A DNA stretch of 64,000 bases. It comes from Vicugna vicugna (lineage: Eukaryota). A model generated the notes under the pieces. That model did not search any database, was not told where the DNA came from, and was given only the letters and a program-made list of their open reading frames with translations. The stretch is taken from the NCBI GenBank assembly GCA_013265495.1, contig MU058337.1, positions 2,014,686-2,078,685 of the forward strand, given 5' to 3'. The position numbers and the translations under genes are program-made. Of the stretch, positions 38,441-50,569 are shown in pieces; position 1 is the first letter of the stretch, and every line of letters starts with the position of its first letter.

Positions 38441-40529
38441 GGGGCAACTCCATCAACTGTAGATGGCTTGCTGTGGGTAGCAGAAATGCCGGAGGGGCCT
38501 GGAGGAGCACATTTTGGAAAAACAATTGAGTATATGATGCCCTATCCTCTCCGAGAGTTTTACATTGCAAGTGAGGATTGTGTCACCAAAGGGCTTTGAC
38601 GTAAAGCGCTGAAGCATTCATTTGAGGAAGAACTGTCCATTAAGATACCTTTCAGAAGCACCCCAAACCATACATCCTTTAAAAATGAGGACCAGGCCTT
38701 TCTTTTTAACAATTATATTCAAATAAGAAATTGCATAAAAGATTTTTTTGTAGTCTAAGCTGAAACAATTATCTTCTTTGTAAATGAATGTAAGTGGCTT
38801 TAGTCTTCATTTACAAGTGGAGTTAATGTGACTGTCTTCAAAATGGAAATGTGCTTTACACATGGGTTTTGTGCCTTCTGGTCAAGTAGAGCTTTGGGAA
38901 GATGCACAGAGCACTCTGCGTTTGTGATCTTATCAGCAATTCACATGACTGCCAGCACGTTTGGTTGTAAAGGAATTAACATTCATTTTGCCGATGTATT
39001 GAAATTAATTAATTAATGTTAATATGCATGTTATATATTATTCATATATAAAATGTATTTCTGAAATACGTATAAATATACTTCAACATATTTCTGACAG
39101 CGGCATGCAAGGTTGAATTTGCTGACTTGTTTTGAGTACAGTCCACACCCCAGTGACCACCATCCAGCGACAGACACAGTCACTGACACACCTGTTGATA
39201 CTGTGCTAAAGGAACTGTGGACAACTTATAATGACCTTAGAAATTCAGCATATTTCCCCGTGATTGCAGTTTTGAATTTAAGTTGTACATTCTCTTTGGT
39301 TCTTTTGCCTTAAACTTATTTTCAAACACTCATTACTCTGGTGGGTATATGAATATGAAGTGTCCTTATGATTTCAGATGTGCATATGTATAGGGGATTG
39401 GGTATTTGGGGGCACACAGGAAGTCACCCTCTGTTGTCTTGCTCAGTGTGCAAGGGTGGGACTTGTCCCCAAAACACTTGGTTCTGGTCTCTCGGAAGCA
39501 CCTTCCTTACTGGAATATCCGTGTAGTCACAGCTCCAACATTAGTATTGCAGCTAGCTAGCTGTTCATTGTCATCTTCATCCTAATGATACAGCAGCTGC
39601 ATCTGTTTACCTTGTATGGTAAGCATGCCTTTCAATTTCAGACAGTCGGCTATCTATCCCACTACAGGGAGATTTTAGAAACAGCACGAGTGGTTTGGTC
39701 AAGAACATGAGTTTGACAGATGGGTATGTAAATCCTTTCACTCCCCTGACATTTCTCCCATCCTGGTTTTAAAGGTAACAGAAGTGACTTGAGCGGACAT
39801 CACACAGAGAGACAGAGCCAGGAGGAATGGACGCAGCATTGGCTCCTAACATCAAGACTTTCGCTGAAGCGAGGCTGTCAATAGCTGTCTTTCTGGGAGT
39901 CGATCAATTACCCTTCAAATGCTTTGGGAGGGATTGTGGTTTGCGCTTTTTTACTTTCATAATTTCAAGAGCCACTGAAACTTTTCATCTGGAAAATTTA
40001 TTTTAATAGATGAGAAGGAAAAAAATCTATATTCAATGTTTTTACGTACACAAAAATGAAGGTTTGATAAGTGCTACTTTGTTTCCAGCAAAATAATCAT
40101 GCGGTTGATTACATCTTTAAACATACATCAAAAGTCTATCCCACGGCAAGTTCCTTTCAAACAGAAAACATTTTTGAGGTCACCAGTACTTCTAAGGGGC
40201 GGGGGAAGCCGTGGCTTCTGTCAAAGTAAGAGAAGTGTCAGTTTGCTCTCTGCTTCGCTGTTTTCTTATCAGTCACGTGTGTTTGTGTGAGTCATATTAC
40301 TTTAGATCTGGAGGCTACGGGAAGTTTTTGGTTTTGTTTTGGGCTTTGCAGAGAGAATTATTGTTCAGGCATTGTCTAATTTGTAACAGTTAATTTATCC
40401 ACACTAGATTTGGTAATCTCTTGAAACTGTGACTCAGAAGCATGAAGAGGGCAAGGCTACCTGAGTTGATATACACATTAGATAAAACTTATTTTTAATT
40501 TTATAGATTAAAAAGAGTAAATAGATATT

Positions 40530-40565
40530 CTGCAGTCAAATGCTCTACCCCTGAGCTCTACCCCC
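40530..40565 (-). pseudogene. Tailless retropseudogene of the 5' half of tRNA-Cys(GCA)
   Basis: Reverse complement GGGGGTAGAGCTCAGGGGTAGAGCATTTGACTGCAG differs by one base from nt 1-36 of mammalian tRNA-Cys(GCA) as I recall it; ends just after the anticodon; flanked by AAATAGAT(A/T)TTCTG duplication. Confidence 0.85.
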
Positions 40566-40704
40566 TGGTGCAAATAGATTTTCTGATATCTTGTCCCCTT
40601 ACTCTGTGGGTTGCATGCCTACCTCTGGAATGCACGTACCCAACTCACCCTGGGGACCTAAGAGTCTACAATTTGGCAGGAAGGGTGGAGGCAATAAGTG
40701 TGTT

Positions 40705-40860
40705 CAGGGCTCAAATTGAGAGCTTAGAAGTTTGTTTCCATCCACATACACTGTAGCCCCAGTTTTTTTTTTCAGAGACTTGACTTGAGCAGTTTAGTCA
40801 TTTGTTGGCTGGTTAGTGGGTACCAGGAGCCTGAGTCAGAACTTCACAGTGTGTCTTCAA
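40705..40860 (-). mobile_element. MIR3-like SINE fragment
   Basis: GAGAGCTTAGAAG...CTTGAGCAGTTTAGTCATTTGTTGGCTGGTTAGTGG...GAGCCTGAGTCAGAAC. Confidence 0.45.
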
Positions 40861-41674
40861 CAGTTTTTAAAATGGCTTCTCAAATGTTCAAATATTCATA
40901 TTCAAATGTAAGGGAGGAGATTGTGTGTCCCATAGCACTGTGGTTGCTGGAAACCAAAACTGCCCGATGAAACTAAACCAAGTGAGCTGGGTGATTTTAA
41001 AGCTCTTTGTAAGTTTCTTTCCATGCACTGAAGCTAAGCTTGTGCAATTTTTCAGTCAAACCGTAAAACAAAATATTAATTCCTTTTTGGATCATTCATT
41101 TGGATAATTCATTCTGGATTATCCTTAAGTGCTTGTGCGTTCTCTTGGTTAACGCAAACCATTCATATAAATGTTGACGCGTCTGATTAATTTCAATGGG
41201 AAAGCCAACGTTTCTTCATAAGTTATGTTGAGTTACGACCCCATCATTTTGTTTCTTCAATCAACGAACAGAATTCACATATTTTTGTAGGTGACGGAGG
41301 CAATTGTTTGATTAAAAGGAAAAGACGACATAATCACTTGATCGTAGCTCTGGTTTAATGCTAAGTCTCAGCTGTGTTAATGCAACTAACATTGACAAGC
41401 AGCTGGAATAATAATTGGGCTAAAAATCTTTCTCCTAACCCCCTTCCTAATGACAGGCTGGCAAGAGATGGTAATATTATCACAGTTAACTTTTCCACAA
41501 ATGATAATCTCCTAGAGCAATCAACTGGTATTAACCATCAAAGCTTCCTGGCTTTAGAATGTAAACTCCTTTGTATTCCAACATGTGAACAGATATTAAG
41601 ATGGTATTTTAAAATGCCAATTTTTAGAGCCATGGAAATTTAATTTTCTGATTATTTTGTAATGTATAGAAATA

Positions 41675-41750
41675 GTGGATCACTCTGCTGTGCACCTGGA
41701 GCTAACATAGTGTTGTAGGTCAATTATACGTCAATTATTATTAAAAAAAA
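41675..41750 (+). mobile_element. Short L1 3' terminus with A-tail
   Basis: GATCACTCTGCTGTGCACCTGGAGCTAACATAGTGTTGTAGGTCAATTATACGTCAATT...AAAAAAAA. Confidence 0.75.
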
Positions 41751-44700
41751 GTTAAGACAGTGGGAGGAAATGAATCACATAGCTAAAGGTGGCTATCTCA
41801 GGGTGTCGGGGATTTCAGGTTTTATTTTTTTTAGTAAAAAATTTCTGGAAATTTTACTAATGAAATTTTAGATTTTTGTTTTTTCCTTTATGCTTTTAGG
41901 TATTGCTGGTTGTCTGCAATGGACATGTAACATTAGAAAGACCACAACGAATGTCATTAAAAATGAGGGAAAGAAACATTCTGGACTCAGTACAGTGGAG
42001 GGAACACTTTTGTCCTTAAATTATGTTGACCTGTTCTTAAATGTATTATTTTCTGGTTTAAAACCCTCAGGGTTTGATGACCCTAAAACAGACCCATTGA
42101 CTGTCCGCATCTTAAAGGATTTGAGCTCCCTGTCCACAGACACACCAAGGCGTGGATGAGTGCTTAGCACAGAGAGACGAGAAGCCAAGACATGTTCGTT
42201 CTCCTTCTGCCTCCTTTATTTTTCTTGCCTTTCATTTTTCATTTTTTCTCACCATCTCATCTCTCTCTGAGGGCACTGATGGCTTCATGATGTGGTGATT
42301 GGTTTTCCTGTCTCTTCCTGGGTTGTAAATGGGCACCATTAACGCAGGGATGGGAGGAACCCACTGGTCCCAAGTGATTTTGAATTCAGGCTTTGAATTT
42401 GCTGGCTGCAGGACTCCAGAGGTCGGGGAAAGGGAGCAGGGGAGTGCTGGGGAGAGGAGTGAGCCCGACCTCCCTACCAGCCTCAGATTCTTCACTTGTA
42501 ACCAGGGGATAAAACAAAGTGACTTTTATTAGAGGTCTGTTACGTGTAACTACTGGGGACCTGTAAGGTGCTCTGGTAGCCTGGCGGGCAGTATATATAG
42601 GGACATGGGGTATGTCGGCTTGCTTTCCCCCTCTGGAAACTAGTGAATACTGACTCTCATGGAACTAAGGGAAAAAAGGCAATTTTGTAAGTTTAGAACC
42701 TTTTTCACTGATGATTTGTAAACACGGTTCAACAAATAGTACAAACACAACTTTGGACTGTTAATGAAACATCGCATCCATGGCGGCCAGCCCTGGGAGA
42801 CCGTAGTGGGAGGATTCTAACCAGTTCTCACTGCTGTGTTTGAGAAAAGTATTCACCTACTAGTACGTGTTTTAGGTTATCTTAAAAGGCTTGTGCATTT
42901 CCGGGGACAAATTGATGACAGTTCTTAAAATCCACGTCACCAAAAGAACAAATAAAGTGATGTGAGGTTTCTTTGCCGAGAAGGGATGGTTAGGGATGGG
43001 GCAACAAGCTAAGAATTGTTCTTACAACTTTAAATCATTAAAAAACCTAGAAAGAATATTTTGCAGAACGCGAAAACTACGCATCAAAACACTTCTCTCA
43101 CCCACTGAAATTTAGCGGAGAACACTTCCTTCCACGCCATCATTATTTGGAGATGATTCTGTTAGCCAGGTAACTCTACCTGTGTATGAATGTGCCTTTA
43201 AAAACAAATGGTACTTGCATGTGGCCCTGTATTATTGTCCCCTATAATCAGTCACAGTTAAAATTGCTTGAAGGTTTGTGCCCTGTGTCTTCCCAACTGA
43301 CACCCGAGGAGTCTGCTCCGAGGACCCCTCGCAGGTGAAACGCACAGAGGTGGTGATGTTTCAGGCCCCCATGACAGCTGCTTCCCAGGGGCTGCTGACT
43401 GTGGCAGACTAGACGGAGCAGTGCTTGGGCGTGTACCTGTTCCTGATGGATGTGTCTGTGTGCAGTCCCAGTTTGTGTGGATTGGCATCTGTGCAGACAG
43501 GCAGTGAGCTTCTGGCTAAACTGAACCGAATCCTGTGGTTCTGGGTCAGTTGCACTTCCTGGGGTAGGCACAACTGTAAGACATGCTTTTCTACGTGGAT
43601 ACGTGTATGTTCACACTTTCCAGTGCAATGCAAAGTGAAAAGCAATGGCAGGAAGTGGGTCGTCACAGATAGGTATCCGTGATCTAATCTACCTCGTTAT
43701 TTGCAAACACCTTATTACTTGCCCATAATGGGATTATTATTTTTTTTCGGTCATTTTGTTTTCCTTTAAAGAACCATATCTATAAAACATATGCAGCTGC
43801 TATTTACGTATTTAAAAAAAATAAATAATGGGAGCACTTATACATTCTATTATGCAGGCTTGGAAAACCCATTCTGTTCTTGATGGCTGTTTGGAAGGTT
43901 TTTATGGGCTGAAAGCCAAGCCCAGGCCTGGCTTTCTGGGAAAGCAAAGGACTGATGAAAAAGGCCCCTTACAGCTCCAGCCGTCTGCCATTCTTTGACT
44001 CAGAGATAAACCTTTTGCAAGAGGATGACTTCCTAACGTCTGAAGTGTGAGTGGCTTTAGAATGCCGTGAAGGGGAAATATCCAGCTGCAATTTATTACC
44101 GTCCAGTCAATTAAGTGGGTTCCGAGTGTCATCATCTTGTTTATATCCATCACAGATCATTGGAGATGAAAAAAAATGTCTCTGAGGGCTCAGCTCCTGT
44201 TTCCCCCTTTCAGAGAAGGAGCCGTAGAGACCCGTAAATGGTTGTTGGGGTACGTTTCAACAGCAGCTTCGCCACATGGACAAGCCATTGCGTTTAAATT
44301 GGTTAATATCCTATTGTTAATGGTCTGCCTGTTACATAGAAAGACATTCAGGAAAAGGATTGGATCACTACATAAATAGCCTGGCTCTCTCTGTCTTGGC
44401 TTTGTGATGTGAAATTCCTGCCAAAGACGATTGGAGTCTTCGTGTTTGTTCAATAGGTAAAAAAAAAAAAAAAAGCTTTTGCTTGTCACAAACGGTGTCT
44501 CATTTATTTATCTAGACCCTTTTCCTTCTGTTTCACTGCATCCTGTTCTAAAAATATAAGCATACGGACTCTGGCAGCGCTGGTTTCTGCCCTGTCAGTA
44601 TTCTGTTTACGCCACTTGTTTCCTTTAAAGAAAATTACCTGCCTTCAATCTGACATCTCTTGAGACTACTTTTACAATCAAAATATAGTATTTAGATGGC

Positions 44701-46369
44701 CAAGTGATTAAACAGACAGGCCAGCATAATAGCTGCAGTCTTTAGAATTTCATGTATTTTTCCTGTGCTTCAGGAGAAGTGTTTGGAGGCAGTGATTTGA
44801 AAACAAATCCAAATATGGATGGAGAATAATTTGAGAGAAATGTGTGGTTCAGATTCCAAATGTCTTTCAAAATTTTAACCCATCAGTTTGCAAAGCTGAA
44901 TTGCCACCTGCAAAAACGAGGCTTGTCATCCTGAGGAGAAGTCCTTGAGGTGTACCTGGCACTGTGGTTTTGTCTTTGCTCTGTTCACTTTATAATGTCA
45001 GAGTGCTCTTGCTGAAAGGTGAATGTCAGAACTCTGAATCCCGATTGAATGACCAATTTTTTTTCTTTTTGTGCCAATGCCAACCCAGGGCAGTTGTCGT
45101 GAATGCCACTTACTGACAATTTTGACAACTTTTCCGTTTCCTCTTTGGCCCATGTCCCTGTTCCTACTCTATTTGCTTCCTCCATCTCCCAGACTTATGC
45201 AAAACATTTCCATTTAAGTCCTTATCACAGATTCACTGATTCCTTTCATTGGCTGAGTTATAACCAAGTGGGAAGGCAAAATCCAAAACAAAACAAAACA
45301 AATGGAATTTCAAGATGGTAGACAGCATGGTTCCAAGCAGAAGCAGCTCCTCCCAAACCAGATTGCAATGTGCTGCTGTTCAGACTGCGAGCGCGTCCTC
45401 TCGTGACAGCATTTCTGCTAGATGTCACCATGGAAAGTCTCCCATCTGCTACATGGAGCCCTTGGGTGCCCCCTGTAGAGAGAAGTTATGCCTACAGGTG
45501 GGCACGTGGGGTTGGTTCTGCTCATACGTGTGTAGCCTTGGACCTGATGTTTTAATTATCCAGGACACTGTCCCACTGGGGAAATTATATTTGCTCCTCC
45601 TTCTTTCCAGAATTATCTAGAGGATCGAAGGGTCAAGTGAAGATGGGAACGCTGGAGAGGTGCTATTGTAAGGAAGATGCTCATTCTATGGACACGAGTT
45701 TGGGTATGTGTTTTGAGGGTGGATGGTTTCCTATTTTTCTTATTGCCACCTTCCTTCCATCCTTTCCTTCCAGAAAGTTCTACTGCCCTTCTCTTGCTTA
45801 AAGGACACTCCTTGAGACAGGCTGTGAGTTGATCCCTTCTGTAGACTTTGTTGTAGGACAGAGCAGAATGGTGGGGGTGGGGGGCACCAAGCTTCATCCA
45901 CGTCACCACGAGGAATTCAGTGGCGGAGACTGGTTCTTGCTCTTTCTAGCACCGGACCAGGGTTTGGAACGTGGCAGGGACATAATACAACACATGTGCT
46001 GAAAGCAGTTCACTGCGTAGTCTGTGCGCATACTAGATTTTACATGTAACTATCTCTAATGTTAAGTGAATAGAATTTCACTAATAACAAGACCTCAAAT
46101 TAATTTGATTTTGGAAATCTAAAAGCTTTGCGATGAAATATTCAAAACTACTTCTTGAGAAATTAAGATTTCATATTTTTCACTATTCTTGTCTCAAGTC
46201 ATTTGTGTTTCATAGGAACTGGCTGCTTATATTCAAATTATAGAATCAAGTGTTTGAGCCATGAAATTAATTACAGTCGATGTCTTAATTTTTATATTTA
46301 TTTTAGATGCAGAGAACACTTTTTTCTATTAAGTCAACTAATCATTTAAATTTTTTTTAAAAGTGTGTC

Positions 46370-47585
46370 TTTCAACCAATATTTACTGTGTGTCTACTCC
46401 ATGCCGAGCACTTGCTAAGTTTTGAGAATGAAATAATAAGACCAAGCCCTTACATTTTGACATTTTAAGGTCTAGGAAGCAGACAAATGTGCAATAAGTA
46501 ATTATTACGTTACTGGCTGCATAAAAGATTTATTAATAAATGTTATAAGAGCCGTGAAGAGATAGTATTCTTCCTTCTATGAAAGGAAGATGATCAGCTT
46601 TGGAAGACTGCAGCTTTGTGGTGACCCCAAAAGAAAGGGTGGGTTTGTTGTTGGTGAAAGAGAGAGAGAGAAGTTTAGATTGAGGGAACGATAGTGAAGG
46701 AATGTGATAATGTTACTGAGTCCAAGCTTGTACTGTTCGCTGTACAACAGGCCAATAAATCGAGAGATGAGTTGTTGGGGCAAGGGGCAAGGAATAGTGA
46801 CTTTACTTGGAAAGCCAGCAGACCGAGAAGATGGTGGACTAGTGTCCCAAAGAACCATCTTCCCTGAGTTAGCATTCAGGCTTCTTTTATACTAAAAGGG
46901 AAGGAGGTAAAGTCTTGTTTCCAGTCAAACTACAGGGGATGTATTAATTTCTTCCTTCCTGCCGTCATTCACCGGTGGGTCTGGTCAGGATGTTTCTTGT
47001 GGGCTAAACAAAGGTATTTTAGCTTAACACTCATCACCTGGGAGGCAGGGTACCCAGATATGGGCCATCATGTATCATTTAAGGTTATCGGCAACATTTC
47101 TTTGGTGATTAACTTGTAGCAAAAGTTACATACAGTAAAAGAAACAGATCCAACGGGGAGTCAGATTTGTTCTTCCCTATGACAACTATGGGACAGACAA
47201 ATGGGCTTTGGGATGATCATTTTGTTGTAGTAGGTAAGGAGTATTGAAGGGGAAAAAACTGGTAAGAAAAACAAAAAAGACTGGTTAGATAGGAGATAAT
47301 TAGGGAAGTTTGGGTGAGTAACATGAGGTCAAATATAAGAGAAGGGCAAGATGCATGAAGAGTAGGGCACACATCCTGATGCTTTAGAGGCAGAATTCAC
47401 CACAGTGGGAATAAACAGGACTTGTCTGCAGGGCGTAAGGTGGGGCGGGCCATGTGTGTGACTCTGCAGTGGAGCAAGGTATGCAGTGGTGCTGATGGGG
47501 AAACCATGAAGCTGTCATCTGAAAGACAGAGCACAGGGTGAAAATCAAGTTTAGGAAGGAAGACAGTGAGTTTTCTGTGATCCTA
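46370..47585 (-). mobile_element. L2 LINE, interrupted by LTR at 46711-47184
   Basis: TTCAACCAATATTTACTGTGTGTCTACTCCATGCCGAGCAC (L2 3' end) and purine-rich L2 body resuming after 47185. Confidence 0.7.
46711..47184 (-). mobile_element. Solo ERV1-type LTR (474 bp), cetartiodactyl family
   Basis: TGTTA...TGACA termini; TGTTACTGAGTCCAAGCTTGTACTG...GGAAAGCCAGCAGACCGAGAAGATGGTGGACTAGTGTCCCAAAGAACCATCTT resembles an LTR common in artiodactyl genomes; TATA (CTTTTATA) and decayed poly(A) signal read on the minus strand. Confidence 0.8.
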
Positions 47586-47587
47586 CA

Positions 47588-47740
47588 GCTCAAAGAGTGG
47601 ACCTTGAACCAGCAGCAGTAGGGTTACGTGAGGGCTCATTAGAAACGCAGGCTCTCCAGCCCCACCCCAGACCTACCCAACCAGCATCCGTATTTGACAA
47701 GATCCCTAAATGAATCCCATGCACCTAGAAGTGTGGTCCA
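47588..47740. mobile_element. MER5A-like hAT-Charlie element
   Basis: CTCAAAGAGTGGACC...ATTAGAAACGCAGGCTCTCCAGCCCCACCCCAGACCTAC...TTTGACAAGATCCCTAAATGAATC. Confidence 0.8.
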
Positions 47741-50569
47741 GGAGCACACTCAGCAAGACAGGCTGAGTGTCAGACACCAGTGGCCACAAAATCAACGGCT
47801 TATAAGTAAAGGAACATGAGACCTGGACGTGATTGTCCCAGCCATTAAAGACATCAAAATGTTCTTTGTAAATAAAGTTGTCTGTGAAATTCAGGCAAAA
47901 AGGGAGCCTAAGCTTAGAAGTTCTGGACATTAATGAATTTATAAACTTTGTGTTAAAAGAAGATGCATGAATTAATCAGCCAACACAGGCTACTCGTCCT
48001 TCTCACTGATATGTCAATTTTAGGTGCTCGTGGAGTCATCAGAAAGGGACAAGGCTCTGCAATGTTTTCTAAATACCGAGGTTTTCCTTTTGCAATACTG
48101 TGTTGAAAGCACTTCATGTCTGAGCTGATTTTGACTTGAAGAAAATGCATTTCAAAAGCATGGTTTAAAATCATGACTTTTACATTTGGGGTCAAAGTTG
48201 CTGCAGGCGAATTTTCTGATCGTCACTTTTTCGGCAGTGCGTCTGTGCAGTCTTTAGTTACAGTAACACACAACGTAAAGCAATGACAGAGTCACAAAAG
48301 ATGTTTTAAATTAACAATTGTACTTCACCTATTTGGCAAGGCTTGATTCTATCAAGCCTTTCCCTCCACTGTTCTATCCAATTCCATCGGCATTGCCAAG
48401 CCTGGAAATGAATCCGTTTATTAAACTAAACCAGGCAAAGCCAATCAGGGCCAGTCAGATGCCAACTGGTTACAATAGCTAACTCTAATGATGAAATATA
48501 ACCCAGTGTTCAAGTCAGACCCAAAACAAACAAACAAATTCCTCCAGCTCGGACGCCACATGGGCCCGCTGGAGACACGGGGTATTCAGGACAGATTTTC
48601 TAGTGGATGGAATCAGATTGAGTATGACCATTACTTTCAAGAACCATGTAATGTCTGTTCTATGAAAGTAATTGTAAAATATGCTCCAGTATCATTCGAC
48701 TCCCCCAGATCCCTGAGCTTGGCCTCTTTGCAGTAGTGAATTATATTTATTGTAATGATGTGATGTTTGGAACTCTGCTGGTTCCTCACGCTTGTGGTTC
48801 TGATCCAGGCAAAAGTCTGTGACCACAGTAACCACATCAGCCTGGCTCAGAGCCCCCATATATTACAAAGTCATTCAACACTGTCCCCTCCCTAAAAAGC
48901 CTTCAAGATAATCATCTCTTTTTTTTTTTTTAAATACATAACATTTGAAAGCACTTTCCTGTCTCCCTAGATTAACAAAAATGGAAAACATTTTCCATTC
49001 TGAAAATATATGATGTAGGCTAGGGACTGACTCCATCTGGGCCATCATTTTACTGCAAAGATAAATATACCATCGCTTAAATTTTAAAAAATTATATACC
49101 TATACTACATACGCACATATATAAAGGATATTATAGACGTATACTTTACATATTTTAAGATATATTTTTTCCTGAAAATTTTGCTGAACATTGAGTATTA
49201 TAATGCCATTCACTTTTGTTCACTCATACATGACATTCGCTTATGAATAAATGTGCGTCCTTGGTACTCCACTCAGGGATGTGGCAGCTCAAACTATTCT
49301 GCCTGCTTTGTCTTGATATTAGGTTGAAATTGATGTGTTTTGAAATAGGAATTAAAATAAAATTTGCCTGAGCCAAGACTTTGTTCCTTGAGGCCTAAGA
49401 GCTCTTCATGTGACTGTCAGGGGACGACAGAAAACTCAAAAAATGAACCCTTAAAATTCATGTTTACAGAATCTGAGAGCCACGTGCTAAACAGGTAAAC
49501 CCTCTTCCCCTGCAGACAAGTCTTAGTTACCAGTCCCTTAGCCTGGTTTCAGGGGAATTTATGTCCAGAGTGAAAGCACTTTACAAACTGGTCTTGTCCT
49601 GAGCCACCAAGAAGCTTTGGCTTTGAGTCATGGCTATATAGCAAGGTGGTCTCATAAAGAGTTTAAAAAATTCCTAAAAAACCACCCTGGTAGAATTTGG
49701 CCATCACTCTTTTTTAATAATATTTATGAATGTAATACCCTCTTTTCTTCCTACTCAATTTGAAATACATTCCAGTTAACACACAAATATAAAGATTGCC
49801 CAATAAGGGTAGAATTGAAGATTTAGACTCGTTGTAAGCCATATATCAATTTTTGCAAATACCAGAAATAATATCCTGTCACCTTTTTTGTGTCACCAGG
49901 TTGTCTTCTGAGCCATAATTAGTGACTTGGACTTAAATATTCTGGTTATGTTCGATTAAGCTAACATATGTGTACACAACTGTAATTGTATCTAGAAATA
50001 ATAGTGCATTAAGATAGTTAACAGTAAAAATAGAATTCATGAATGCTTTTCATACACTCCAGAATCTTTCACATTCTTATCTTCCGTTTAAATCTCTCTC
50101 CTGATTCCAGACACACGTCTCTGGCCACTTCCTTGAAATGTATGCTCGAATGTCTCACAAGCATCTCCGATTTATCACGTCCAGACTAACTCCTGATTGA
50201 CCCCGCAGGCCTGCTCCTACCCAGCTTCCTGTTCTTAGTATATGGCATTAAAATCTACCCAGTTGCTCAAGCCAGAAACCCGGGGTCATCGTTGAAAGCT
50301 GTGTCCCTCACCTGCACATCTAACGCCCAATCCACTGCCAGATCCTGCTGTTTCTCCAGGATGTGTGCCCCGTCCTCCTGGTTCTCCCCGGCCGCCATCT
50401 CTGTAGCCCTTTCCCCTCGCCCCTGCAGCAGTCTCTTTTCCCACCACCAGTCCTACTGCCAGCCAAATTAACCCCTCACAGCATCCACAGATTATATGAG
50501 AATGTGAACTGGGTCAGGTCTCTCCCTCATCTGAGGGCTCCTTAGCCACTTAGGATAAAGGCCTAACTG

